Origin: an uncultured Rivularia sp.
Lineage (GTDB): Bacteria > Cyanobacteriota > Cyanobacteriia > Cyanobacteriales > Nostocaceae
NCBI GenBank assembly: GCA_963665115.1
Contig: OY762007.1
Span: 2,368,001-2,432,000, forward strand
Direction: 5' to 3'
Length of the DNA stretch: 64,000 bases
Part shown: positions 34,232 to 44,809 of the stretch, piece after piece
How positions within the stretch are numbered: position 1 is the first letter of the stretch
How the letters are laid out: every line of letters begins with the position of its first letter
Program-made: the position numbers and the translations under genes
Notes under the pieces: model-generated
The model's database searches: none
What the model was told of the DNA's origin: nothing
The model's input: only the letters and a program-made list of their open reading frames with translations

Positions 34232-34392
34232 GAGATGGAAATGGGGATGGGGAGATGGGGAGACAAGGGGACAAAGGGACAAGGAGAATTAAAATTATCA
34301 ATTCCCAATTCCCAATGCCCAATGCCCAATGCCCAATTCCTAACCCCTCACTTTCAATCCAAAATCTAAAATCTCATTAACAGGTGTCAAGT

Positions 34393-35418
34393 ATGGAATT
34401 AATTTCGCGAAGACGTTTTGGTCAGATTGCGATCGCGTCTGGTGCTGCTGTAGCGATTAGCGGTTTGATAAATAAGAGTGTTGCTCAAACTCCAGGAGTG
34501 GTTATTTTTGGTGTAACTTCCGGTACGGTTAGCAGTAATGCTTCAGGCAGCGTTGATTCAGAAGATGTAGTTGAATCGGAAGCTGAAGAAAATTCTGTTG
34601 TAGAAAATGATCTATCACCTAAAAAGCCAGTTGTAATCCAGTCTTTCAATGTCTCTAACGGGCAAACCAAAACTGTAACAACAACTCAACCAATTTTAGA
34701 TAAAGGTGAATTTGTTAGTGGTTTTGCGGTTTCTAAAACAGGTACCCTGGTAGTCGCGACTAGTGCTATTGCTCCGGAGAAAAATATTGGAAGTCGTTTG
34801 ATAACTGTCAAAGATAATTCCGTGGAGACTAAAGAAGTCTCTGGAGTCGCTAAAGATGAGTTGCTGGATCTAATCGAATTACCAGATGGTTCTATTGGTG
34901 GAATAGTTAAAAACGAAAACGGAACCGGAAGCAGAAAAATTGTTGATGTCGAAACTGAAAGTGGATCGGTTAAGAAGAAAACCGCACCTATCAAACTACC
35001 CAGCGAAGGAAAGTTAGAGACATCTGGCAATACTACAGCTGTTGTAACTCAAGCAGAAACTCAGGTTTTAGAAGCAGAAAAAGCTCCTATAGAAATCAAG
35101 AGCGAACTACCTTCGGACAAAGAATACAATAATGTAGTTGTATGCGCTGATGGAAATCGCTATGGATTTCTAACTGACTTTCAAGGTGATACAAGTTTAG
35201 TAAATATAACAACAGGTAAAACGACACCAATAACTTTTGAAGGTGCAGTTTGGAACAACGGTTTTAGCGGTTTAGTTTGTGCAAAAAACAACGAATTATA
35301 TGCTCTAGGTGGTCGTAGATACGAAACTCCTAAATTCCTACATTTTGTAGATAAAGAAACAGGAAATCTCAAACGATTGGGCGCTTTTGATGTAGCTACT
35401 ATTGCTCTCGGAAATTAG
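34393..35418 (+). CDS. Tat-signal hypothetical protein, predicted beta-rich
   Basis: ISRRRFGQ twin-arginine motif, hydrophobic stretch, SVA|Q cleavage; alternative GTG start at 34384. Confidence 0.75.
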   Translation: MELISRRRFGQIAIASGAAVAISGLINKSVAQTPGVVIFGVTSGTVSSNASGSVDSEDVVESEAEENSVVENDLSPKKPVVIQSFNVSNGQTKTVTTTQPILDKGEFVSGFAVSKTGTLVVATSAIAPEKNIGSRLITVKDNSVETKEVSGVAKDELLDLIELPDGSIGGIVKNENGTGSRKIVDVETESGSVKKKTAPIKLPSEGKLETSGNTTAVVTQAETQVLEAEKAPIEIKSELPSDKEYNNVVVCADGNRYGFLTDFQGDTSLVNITTGKTTPITFEGAVWNNGFSGLVCAKNNELYALGGRRYETPKFLHFVDKETGNLKRLGAFDVATIALGN

Positions 35419-35490
35419 AAGGATGAAGAGTTAGGAGTTAGAAAATACGGCGGAAAGTTATAAATTAGACTCCTAATATTCGACCACATA

Positions 35491-35550
35491 AGGTTTGTAG
35501 TAAGGAATACCCGTCCTAAATCCGAGCGATAAATCGCTTACTACGAACCT
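35491..35550. repeat. REP-like doublet
   Basis: AGGTTTGTAGTAAG...CTTACTACGAACCT inverted arms, same family as 4707-4775. Confidence 0.55.
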
Positions 35551-35997
35551 TTTTTCCTATCAAATTTCATGAAATAAACTATTAGAGTTTTTAAATCCCT
35601 CTAAATCGCCTTTGGGGGATTTGCGTTAGTCATATTTTAATTGAAAAATTGTCTTTAATACTCAGCGATTTAGCATAAAATCTTTTAATTGGGAAACACA
35701 TTTTTGTTTTATCCGGATAGCGCTGAACATGAAATGGCATACAGTTCCCATACATTTAACTAAAAAAATGTAGGATGAAAAATTAACATCCTACATTGAT
35801 ATTGCGTCCCTCTAGTTGTTATAAAATTCATGCATTAATTGCATAACTCCGGATAGAATGCAAAAAGCAAAAGGGAACTTTTAATAAAGTAAAGTTTAGC
35901 CTCATGATTACAAGAGCCTGGAATTAATTATCGGAGAGGTTTAATTAATTAATTTCGAGAAGTCAAAGTCTTAGGGATAGAAGAAGGTTTGACATAC

Positions 35998-36350
35998 TCA
36001 CCGACCTGAAGGCGCGGTGATTCTTAACGCTTCATTGACGGACGCTACCGAAGTAGTCTTACTCTGTCTCTGCGTCCATTTAGAGTCGTGGCAATGCCCT
36101 ATCCCGACTTTATCTATATTTTTTGCTGCATTCTCATCACGGTCGTGTTCAGTGCCACAGTTCAAACACTGAACCGAACGTACTTTTAAATCGAGTTTGC
36201 CCCATTTATAACCACATTCCGAACAAACTTGACTTGTTGGCTCCCATCGACTTATAACGTGAAAATCTCGGCTAAATTTCTCAGATTTACCTTCGCACAA
36301 AGTTCTAAATTCTCTCCAACCTTGTAAACTAATTGCTCTAGAAAGTTTAG
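35998..36350 (-). pseudogene. tnpB: TnpB C-terminal fragment
   Basis: KLSRAIS..GW, PTSQVCSECG, CLNCG, HDRDENAAKNI. Confidence 0.88.
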
Positions 36351-36688
36351 ACTTAGTTGAAAAAACGTTTGTAGAAGTTGCAAAAAAGATGGATTTCCAA
36401 GTACTTGAATTCAATGGAGAAGGAAATCATGTTCACTGTGCAATTGAATATCCACCTAAACTATCAGTTTCTCAAATAGTTAATGCATTAAAAGGAGTGT
36501 CCAGCCGTCGCTATGGGCAAGCAGGATTTAAAAAACCCCATAAAGGCGAAGCTCGCCGGACAGAGGATTCTGTCCGGCAGACTTCGCAATCTTTGTGGAG
36601 TCCTAGCTATTTTGCCATTTCTGTTGGTGGTGCGCCACTAGAAATTCTAAAAGAGTATATCAAGAATCAAGAAAAGCCGCTCCTTTAG
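36341..36688 (+). pseudogene. tnpA: IS200-type TnpA (Y1 HUH) C-terminal fragment
   Basis: NHVH, ALKGVSSR, LWSPSYF, YIKNQ. Confidence 0.85.
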
Positions 36689-37474
36689 AACGGGGCTTGA
36701 ATCCCGTTATTTCCGGTCAACCTATAGCCATTTATTGTGAAATGCTGGTGTGGAAAAGAAAAATGCAAGTGCGGACCAGTAGATTTAGCGCAACGATTCC
36801 AAGGTTTATCACCAGCAATAACACCTATCTGCTGACCTTTTTTATATCTTTTGTTTTGGTACACGCTAGAAGATTTGACATGAACTAAGCTATACATCTT
36901 TCCCCGTGAGGATTGTAGGCGAATTGCTAGATGATTATTACCTGCATTACAGAATCCCACTACTTTACTGTCGGTAGGTGCAACAACAGGGGTTCCTGCT
37001 GGTAATCCAAAATCTAAACTTTTATTTTTACCCCAGCTATCAGAATGCCAGCGCTGAGTCACTCTTGCCGTTACCCCTCCAGACCACGGCAACATCCAAC
37101 TAGATTGCCTTCTAGAAGCATTAACATCGAATACCTGAAAAGCAAGAGCTAATTCAATGCAAAGAAAAGCTAGATGCTAGAATTAGGAACTTACAGAAAG
37201 AAGCATCTAAAGGATTAAATAAATATCTGAAATTTTTATTGGGTTTAGATGAAAGCGTTAACAAGCCACGAACTGACGAATTGATTAAGAATCTAAAAGA
37301 AAAAGGATATGGAACCGTTGAAATGAATTCTTGAATCTATTTGGCAAGCGATTAAAATAACAAATGAAGCGAGACAAAAGAAGGTAAATAAACAGTCTAA
37401 ATATTGATAAACTCCACTCCCTCTACAAAGGAATGGAGTTATTTTATCCACACCATTACATCAAGATTTCACTG

Positions 37475-38698
37475 TTAACTGTTAACTGCTACAGGAGCCA
37501 AGGAAGCAGTTGTATCGCTGTTAAGTTGCCAATACTTATAAGCAGCGTAGGCAAAAGTGACAACCCCTGTAATAATTGCGGATTCGTCAACTTCAAATTT
37601 GGGATGGTGTAATGGGTGATTGACTTCTCGATCCGTGAAACCTACACCCAAGCGGAACATCGAACCCGGTGCTTTTTCTAAATACATCGAAAAATCTTCT
37701 CCACCAAGGGAAGCTTCAGGTAAAATTTCAACGCGATCGCCACCCCATGCTTCTTCTGCTGCTGACTGCAATATTTGGGTAAGCGCTAAATCGTTTTGAA
37801 CGCTGGGCACCCCTTTACGATAGTCAATTTGGTATTTTGCACCGTAAGTATCGCAAACGTTTTTGACGATATTTTCAATCCAACCTGGTAATTCCTTGCT
37901 GCTATCTGGGTGAAGCGATCGCACTGTTCCCTGCAAGCGCACGGAATCGGCTATCACGTTTGGCGCTCTACCACCGCTAATTTTTCCTATGCTCAATACT
38001 ACAGGATGTATCGGGTTTCGCGTGCGGCTAATTGCTTGTTGTAGCGTAGTAATAACTTGTGCGGCAATCCAAATAGCGTCTATTGCTTGATGAGGACGTG
38101 CCCCATGTCCCGATTCACCAGTAATAATAATTTCTAAATCGTCTGCTGCTGCTGTTAATGCACCGTAACGTATACCAACAGAACCCGCAGCTATAGAAGG
38201 AAAAACGTGAATTCCTAAAATACTGTCAACATTATCCATAGCTCCATCTGCAACCATCCAGCTTGCGCCTTGAGCAATTTCCTCTGCTGGCTGAAATATA
38301 AACCGTACTTTTCCTGATAACTCTTGTGATAACTTCGACAAAATCATTGCCGTGCCCAAACCAACCGTAGTATGGACATCATGACCGCAAGCGTGCATAA
38401 TTCCTTGATTGCGCGAAGCATAATCCAAAGATGCTAATTCCTGAATCGGTAAAGCATCCATATCGGTACGAATAGCTAAAATACGATCATCATCACCATT
38501 ACCTCCGAGTTCGCCAATTACACCAGTTTTGCCGATATTTTCCTCAACATGAATACCGTTAGAAGACAAAACCCCAGCAACGAAAGCCGCTGTTTGGAAC
38601 TCTTCACCGCTAAGTTCCGGGTGAGAATGAATATGGCGACGAATTTCAACTAAACGCGGTGCTAATTCTGCTGCTAAATCTTTAATACGAGAAAGCAT
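37475..38698 (-). CDS. M20D amidohydrolase (N-acyl-L-amino acid amidohydrolase-like)
   Basis: HPELS, RTDMDALP, MHACGHD, QPAEE, GEDF, LHHP. Confidence 0.92.
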   Translation of the reverse strand: MLSRIKDLAAELAPRLVEIRRHIHSHPELSGEEFQTAAFVAGVLSSNGIHVEENIGKTGVIGELGGNGDDDRILAIRTDMDALPIQELASLDYASRNQGIMHACGHDVHTTVGLGTAMILSKLSQELSGKVRFIFQPAEEIAQGASWMVADGAMDNVDSILGIHVFPSIAAGSVGIRYGALTAAADDLEIIITGESGHGARPHQAIDAIWIAAQVITTLQQAISRTRNPIHPVVLSIGKISGGRAPNVIADSVRLQGTVRSLHPDSSKELPGWIENIVKNVCDTYGAKYQIDYRKGVPSVQNDLALTQILQSAAEEAWGGDRVEILPEASLGGEDFSMYLEKAPGSMFRLGVGFTDREVNHPLHHPKFEVDESAIITGVVTFAYAAYKYWQLNSDTTASLAPVAVNS

Positions 38699-38949
38699 TG
38701 ATTAATTCTTTTGCGAGCTTTTTCCACATAATAAAGAAATGTAACACTTATTACCGTTCAATTTATACAAATTATTTATTGGTAATTGGTAATTGGGGAA
38801 TTGGGCATTGGGGATTGGGGATTGGGAATTGGGAATTAGAAGTTATTTAACCTTTAACCTTTGACCTTTGCCTTTAACTTTACTCTGTATTATGGTGTAA
38901 CATAAGAATATCAACTCACGGTAACGGGATATGTAGTTCCTCAAGTCAC

Positions 38950-39030
38950 TCAAATTTAAGATTTAGCGCGAATGCTGTCTTTTCGGACGCTTCTATTTTC
39001 ATTCGTTGCGAATTTTTAATTTAAATTTGA
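38950..39030 (+). other. Long imperfect hairpin in the leader of the RNA ligase gene (candidate structured RNA)
   Basis: TCAAATTTAA/TTAAATTTGA outer pair, CGAATG/CATTCG inner pair, apical GTC-TTTTCG-GAC. Confidence 0.4.
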
Positions 39031-39067
39031 TTTGAATTTTGATTGAACTTGCCAAGAGTTAAAAGAA

Positions 39068-39856
39068 ATGAAACAAATATATAAATATCCGCGTACCTAC
39101 CATATTCAGGGTTCGCGACTCCAGCCAGGGGATGAAGATTTAAATGATGTCGCTTTCGCGGAAATTAAGCAGCGCTATGTAGTGGTTGAAGAAAAAATTG
39201 ATGGTGCCAATGCTGCTATTAGCTTCAGTGCTGATGGACAAATCCAACTGCAAAGTCGGGGGCATTACTTAACGGGTGGAGCGCGAGAAAAGCACTTCAA
39301 TTTGTTTAAGCAGTGGGCTAATACTCACGTTGCTAGTTTTTGGGAAATATTAGGTAGTCGTTATATTCTTTACGGAGAATGGCTGTATGCAAAACATACG
39401 GTGTTTTACGATGCTTTACCTCATTATTTCTTAGAATTCGACGTACTTGACTTAGAAAAGCAAGTATTTTTGAGTACCGCAAAAAGAAAACAGTTATTAG
39501 CAGGTTTACCGTTAGTTTCCGTACCTGTGCTGTTTACTGGGGAGCTTCAATCCTATAAACAATTAATTAGTTTCTTAGGAAAATCGCATTATCAAACCGC
39601 CAAACACTTACAAAACTTTGAACAAATTTGTTTGGAAAAAGGATTAGATATCGAACGTTCCCTGCAACAAACTGACCAAAGTTGTGTAATGGAAGGTTTG
39701 TATATCAAAGTCGAATTAAAAGATACGGTTGTAGAACGGTATAAATACGTGCGATCGAGTTTTTTGACCACTATTAAGCAATCAGATGGACATTGGCTCA
39801 ACCGTCCGATAATTCCGAATATTTTACGCGACGATGTTGACTTGTTTGGAGGCTAG
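39068..39856 (+). CDS. ATP-dependent RNA ligase family protein (Rnl2-like nucleotidyltransferase)
   Basis: KYPRTYH, motif I EEKIDGAN, LYGEW, FLEFDV, MEGLYIK, RYKYV. Confidence 0.85.
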   Translation: MKQIYKYPRTYHIQGSRLQPGDEDLNDVAFAEIKQRYVVVEEKIDGANAAISFSADGQIQLQSRGHYLTGGAREKHFNLFKQWANTHVASFWEILGSRYILYGEWLYAKHTVFYDALPHYFLEFDVLDLEKQVFLSTAKRKQLLAGLPLVSVPVLFTGELQSYKQLISFLGKSHYQTAKHLQNFEQICLEKGLDIERSLQQTDQSCVMEGLYIKVELKDTVVERYKYVRSSFLTTIKQSDGHWLNRPIIPNILRDDVDLFGG

Positions 39857-39958
39857 AAAGAGATGGGGGGAGATGGGGAAATGGGGAAATGGAAAAATGG
39901 GGAGAAACAACCTTGATATTAGCAGGGAGCGAGACGCTCCCACTACATTTCTAACTCC

Positions 39959-40294
39959 TAACCTTTAACCTTTGACCTTTAACCTTTGACCTTTAACCTT
40001 TGACCTTTAACCTTTGACCTTTAACCTTTGACCTTTAACCTTTGACCTTTAACCTTTGACCTTTAACCTTTGACCTTTAACCTTTGACCTTTAACCTTTG
40101 ACCTTTAACCTTTGACCTTTAACCTTTGACCTTTAACCTTTGACCTTTAACCTTTGACCTTTAACCTTTGACCTTTAACCTTTGACCTTTAACCTTTGAC
40201 CTTTAACCTTTGACCTTTAACCTTTGACCTTTAACCTTTGACCTTTAACCTTTAACCTTTAACCTTTAACCTTTAACCTTTGACCTTTAACCTT
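39959..40294. repeat. Tandem array of alternating heptamers TTAACCT/TTGACCT (14 bp period)
   Basis: ~335 bp, about 48 heptamers, nearly perfect, no spacers. Confidence 0.95.
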
Positions 40295-40307
40295 CGATCT
40301 TTTTATC

Positions 40308-41430
40308 ATGAATTGGACTTTTCCTTATTGCCCAAGTAAGAGTAATTTTGCAATAAATTGGCACAAATTAGAAGATAAATTCGAGTGGTTGCGGTTGCTT
40401 GCTGATTGTCCCGCAGGATGCACGTTATCACAGAGAAGGTGATGTTCTGACTCATACAAAGTTGGTGTGTGAGGCAATAGTAGAATTACCTCAATGGCAA
40501 GCTCTATCTGAAACACAGCGCTCGGTGCTGTTTGCTGCGGCTTTACTGCATGATGTGGCGAAACCAAACGCTACCAAAATAGAAGATTCGGGGACAATTA
40601 GTTCTAAGGGACACGTGTTACAAGGTGCAAAAATGACGCAAGAAATTCTCTGGGATTTGAATGTACCTTTTAAACAACGAGAAGAAATTGTGGCTCTGGT
40701 GAAATACGGAAGTTTACCTTTATGGTTTTGGGATAAATCAAACCCGGAACAAGCTGTTATCAAAGCTAGCCAAATTATTCGTTGCGATATGTTGGCTATG
40801 CTTGCCGAAGCTGACGTAAGAGGACGTTATTGCGACGATCGAAAGCAACTATTTGAACGCATTGATTTTTTTAAGGAATTTTGTCAAGAAAACGATTGTT
40901 TTACCAATCCACGCTTATTTCCATCAGCCCACAGTAGGTTTATTTATTTCCAAAGAGAAGATAAAAGTCCCGATTATCACGCTTATGACGATACTCGCTT
41001 TCAAGTAATAATAATGTCAGGATTACCCGGTTCGGGAAAAGACACCTGGATTCAAGAAAATCTTCCCGACTACAAGGTAATTTCTCTCGATCGATTGCGT
41101 CATGAGATGGGAGTTGAACCAGGTGGAAATCAAGGTGAAGTTGCAAATGCAGCGAAATCTCTGGCTAAAGATTATATGCGAGCGGGAGAATCTTTTATTT
41201 GGAATGCAACTAATTTAAATCGGCAATTACGGGGAATGCTAATTAGTTTATTTGCAGCTTATCAAGCAGAGATTCGCATTGTTTATTTAGAAACATCTTG
41301 GTTAGAACTATTGCGAAGAAATAAAACAAGAACGAAAAAAGTACCAGAAAAAGTACTCTACCGCATGAAAAATCGTTTGGAAGTTCCCACGGTTATTGAA
41401 GCACATCGCGTGGATTGGATTGAGAGTTGA
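40308..41430 (+). CDS. HD-domain phosphoesterase / P-loop polynucleotide kinase (HD-Pnk), apparent +1 frameshift at 40410-40412
   Basis: PQDARYHREGDVLTHT, LLHDVAK, AEADVRGR, GLPGSGKD, WNATN; upstream frame MNWTFPYCP...LADCP. Confidence 0.85.
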
Positions 41431-41573
41431 AGGAGATGGGGGGACAAGGAGACAAAGAAGTGAAGACGTGAGGGGATGATGGGATAAGGGGATGAGGAAA
41501 TAACTTTTATTCCATCACTTCATCATCATTCTTTACTGACTACTTGCTACTTACTACTCCCTACTCTCTACTC

Positions 41574-42278
41574 CTAACTCCCAACCTTAGACTTTTCAAC
41601 TATTTCTTTAAGGAAGCCATCTTCCATATGAATAGTCCTGTCTGCTACATCTAAAATACGGTTGTCATGAGTTACCATCAAAATTGCCGAACCTTGTTCT
41701 CTAGATAGTCGCTGCATAAGTTCGATAATGCTTCTTCCAGTTTTGCCGTCTAAAGCTGCTGTGGGTTCATCCGCAAGAATTAATTTAGGCTTACCAACTA
41801 AAGCACGAGCGATCGCCACTCTTTGCTTTTGTCCACCTGAAAGTTGAGTAGGATAGTGATTTACGCGATTACCCAACATCACTGACTTTAAGATTGCTTC
41901 CGCTCTAGAAACTGATTCTCGTTCGGGAACCGATTGAAGTTCTAATGACATTTGAACATTTTGCCGTGCTGTTAAGAATTCTAATAAATTATGAGCCTGA
42001 AAAATATAGCCAATTTGGCGACGTACATTAACTAATTGCTTGGAACTAGCTTTATTAAGTTCGTTTCCAAGAAATTGAAGACTTCCTTCTTGAACCGAAC
42101 GCAAACCTCCAATTAAAGTTAATAATGTGGTTTTACCAGAACCTGATGGCCCCGTAAGCAGGGTAACTTCTTTGGGATTAATTTCTAAATTAATATCAAA
42201 CAGAATTTGTTTTTTTAAGGCTTTATCACCGTAGTAATAATTTAAATTTCTAGTTTTAATAATTGGTTCTTCAGACAT
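41574..42278 (-). CDS. devA: DevA-family ABC exporter ATPase
   Basis: GPSGSGKT, LSGGQKQR, ADEPTAALD. Confidence 0.88.
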   Translation of the reverse strand: MSEEPIIKTRNLNYYYGDKALKKQILFDINLEINPKEVTLLTGPSGSGKTTLLTLIGGLRSVQEGSLQFLGNELNKASSKQLVNVRRQIGYIFQAHNLLEFLTARQNVQMSLELQSVPERESVSRAEAILKSVMLGNRVNHYPTQLSGGQKQRVAIARALVGKPKLILADEPTAALDGKTGRSIIELMQRLSREQGSAILMVTHDNRILDVADRTIHMEDGFLKEIVEKSKVGS

Positions 42279-42402
42279 AGTAATGGGAATGGTAAAGGGG
42301 ATTGGTAATTAGTAAACTATAAACTTTTATTTAATTTAGCAGGTTAAATAATATTCAATTTCTACGATCGATGCCCAATGCGCCATGCCCAATTCCTATA
42401 AT

Positions 42403-43569
42403 TTAAAATATATCCGCCGGATCTGCTGCTTGTAACTTTTGTACTGCTAAGAAACCAGAGGCGATACACATTGAAGTGACTAAAGATACAACTAGTATTC
42501 CTTTGTCCCAAGTCATAACTATTGGTAGTTTTGTGGCATCTTTGGCTATGTCATACAAACCAAAGGTAATGATTAATCCTGGGATATAACTAAGTACCGC
42601 TAACAATATAGCTTGTTGAAACACTACTTTTAATAAATATTTATGTTTAAATCCCATTGCTTTTAAAGTGGCAAAGGCGACTAAATTTGTAGAAATATTG
42701 CTATAGAGAATTTGGTAGACAAATACAGTTCCTACTACTAAACCCATGATTGTCATCATGCTAAACACAAAACCAATAGGCGTGCGTAAAGACCAGTAAT
42801 CTTTTTCAAATTTGATATAATCTTCACGGGTTAAAACTTTAATATCATTAGGTAGATTTTCTTGCAAGTTTTTTAAAATTTGTTCTTTGTCAACGTTCTC
42901 TTTGAGGTTAACTAAACCTATATCTATATAACTAGCTTTACGGTCTAGAAAGGTTCGCAAGAAAGTAGAATAGCTAATAATTAAATGACCATCTACACCA
43001 AAGGAAGGGCCGAGGGGAAATAAGCCACCAATTTTAACTTTATAACCAACGTTAGCATTGTAGCTAAATACTTCTACTTTGATATCTTTCCCTTGCGAAA
43101 AATCTTGAGCAATTGGGCCATACTCCGGACGAGAAGCTCCATCAAAAAGAACTGTATTGGGAAGTTTAATTAATGGTAATAATTTATTTACTTGAGGTAA
43201 GTTAAAAGCAGATTGGGCTGGATCGAAACCAACTACGTAAATAGGATTTTTTATCCCAGTATAAGGATTTTTTAATTTAGCAAATTGAACGTATACAGGG
43301 TTAACCGACTCTACACCATTAAAAGCTAAAGTCTGATATAAACGACTCCGAGGAAAGCTTTGTTGAGAAGTTAAAGCATTATATTGAGAACTAATTAAAA
43401 ATAGATCCCCTTTAAAATTTTGATGTAATTGTGTAGCGCTAGAGTAAAGTGCATCCTGAAAGCCAAACTGCATAAAAATCAGAATAACAACAAAGGAAAC
43501 ACCTGCCAAAGTCGCCAGAAAGCGCACTCTTTGTTGAGTTAATTGTAGCCAAGCAACAGGAATAGTCAT
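42403..43569 (-). CDS. devC: DevC-family ABC exporter permease
   Basis: IPVAWLQL...QFGFQDAL, ATLKAMG, ADPADIF. Confidence 0.9.
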   Translation of the reverse strand: MTIPVAWLQLTQQRVRFLATLAGVSFVVILIFMQFGFQDALYSSATQLHQNFKGDLFLISSQYNALTSQQSFPRSRLYQTLAFNGVESVNPVYVQFAKLKNPYTGIKNPIYVVGFDPAQSAFNLPQVNKLLPLIKLPNTVLFDGASRPEYGPIAQDFSQGKDIKVEVFSYNANVGYKVKIGGLFPLGPSFGVDGHLIISYSTFLRTFLDRKASYIDIGLVNLKENVDKEQILKNLQENLPNDIKVLTREDYIKFEKDYWSLRTPIGFVFSMMTIMGLVVGTVFVYQILYSNISTNLVAFATLKAMGFKHKYLLKVVFQQAILLAVLSYIPGLIITFGLYDIAKDATKLPIVMTWDKGILVVSLVTSMCIASGFLAVQKLQAADPADIF

Positions 43570-43596
43570 GATAAATTAATGGGCATTGGGCATTGG

Positions 43597-44809
43597 TTAC
43601 TGGTCACTGGTTACTGTCTTAATAAGTGTTTGTACTTGGAGATTAGTTAGATTAGCAACTTTTTCACTGTCTTCTGGTTTGAGACGGATCTTTACGTCTA
43701 TCACTTTATTATCTGTGTCGGCTTGTGGATTAACGTCAAAAATGTCTTGTCTGTCTACTTGTAAACCAACTTGACTAACTGTTCCTTGTAGTTTCTCCAT
43801 TGAAGGCTGGACTACTAATGACGGCTAGTTGACCGATTTGCACTTTCTTTATGTCGGTTTCGTATACTTCGGCTACAACGTACATTTGACCTGTTTTTCC
43901 GATATCGGCAATTCCTTTACTACCAACAACTTCTCCAGGGCGGACGTTGACATCGAGAATTTGACCGTCTATGGGAGAGCGAATCGCGGTTAATTCGTAA
44001 TCGGCTTTTGCTTGTTTGACACTGGCGATCGCACTTTGCAATTCTGCTTCTGCTACTTGTATATCAACAAGACGAACTTCGGCAACGCTCTCCAAAGTTG
44101 CTTGTGCTTCATCTAATTGAATTTGAGTAGTTTGGATAGTTCTATTTAATGTTTCTTTGGCTTCTTGAAGTTGTTGCTGGGCAGTTTCGAGTCGCAAGCG
44201 TCGAGTGTCTGCATCTGATGCAGCTATAGCTCCGGCTTTGTAAAGTGATTGATAGCGTTTATTTTCAATATCAGCGTTTCTAACTTCGGCTTCTAAACGA
44301 GCGATAGTTGCTTTCTGAGTAGCGATTTGTCCTTGTAGTTCGGCTTTTAAACGAGTGATGGCTTCTTTTTTAGCCTGAATATCTCCTGTTTTTGCTCCAG
44401 CTTTTACCCGCGCTAATTCAGCTTTGGCAACTTCAACGTCTACTTTGGCTTTGTTTAAAGCAGCTTCGCCAATATCGTGACTTTCCATAATTGCCACGAT
44501 TTGGTCTTTACGTACTTTATCCCCTTCTTTGATTAAAAGTTGAGAGATTCTATTACTTCCAGCCGAAGACGGTGCTGATAAACGAATCACTTCTCCTTGA
44601 GGTTCTAAACGTCCTAAAGCTGCAACACCAATAATTATTGGTTCGGTTGGTTGTGTATTAGTAGACGCGATTGGTTTATCGACATTAAAGTTAGGTCTTA
44701 CCAAACTATAAAAGAGGATAGTCCAACCGCTCAAAGCCAAAGCAATTAATACATATATTAATTGCTTGCCAAGCGGTTTATTTAAAGGTTGGCTTTCCTT
44801 TTGAATCAT
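43597..44809 (-). CDS. devB: DevB-family membrane fusion protein (apparent +1 frameshift at 43792-43794)
   Basis: AALGRLEPQGEV, coiled coil, VVAEVYETDI, ANLTNLQV. Confidence 0.87.

Larger units (their letters stand above)
35989..36715 (-). mobile_element. Internally deleted IS200/IS605-family element (IS605 group, divergent tnpA/tnpB)
   Basis: Left end follows TTGAC (36716-36720, minus strand) with hairpin AAGCCCCGTTC...GAGCGGCTT; right end ...GGTGAGTATGTCAA; only the 3' halves of tnpA and tnpB remain. Confidence 0.88.
35949..37095 (-). pseudogene. M23 peptidase-like gene interrupted by the IS605 element
   Basis: HxxxxxxxxD/LDF, GTPVVA, STGPHLHF; excising 35989-36715 restores ...NGYRLTPSSIPKTLTSRN-stop at 35949-35951. 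Confidence 0.8.

Noticed and set aside
35998..36414. Intact TnpB/Cas12f nuclease
   Set aside because: Only the zinc finger and last RuvC motif remain; the ORF's N-terminus is antisense tnpA sequence
37175..37334. Short plus-strand coding-like stretch upstream of the M23 gene
   Set aside because: No credible start or recognisable motif; at most a gene remnant
38920..38950. tRNA gene (GGGATATGTAG resembles a tRNA 5' end)
   Set aside because: No cloverleaf, T-loop GTTCRA or acceptor stem found
39959..40294. CRISPR array
   Set aside because: Contiguous heptamer repeats without unique spacers; no cas genes in the window
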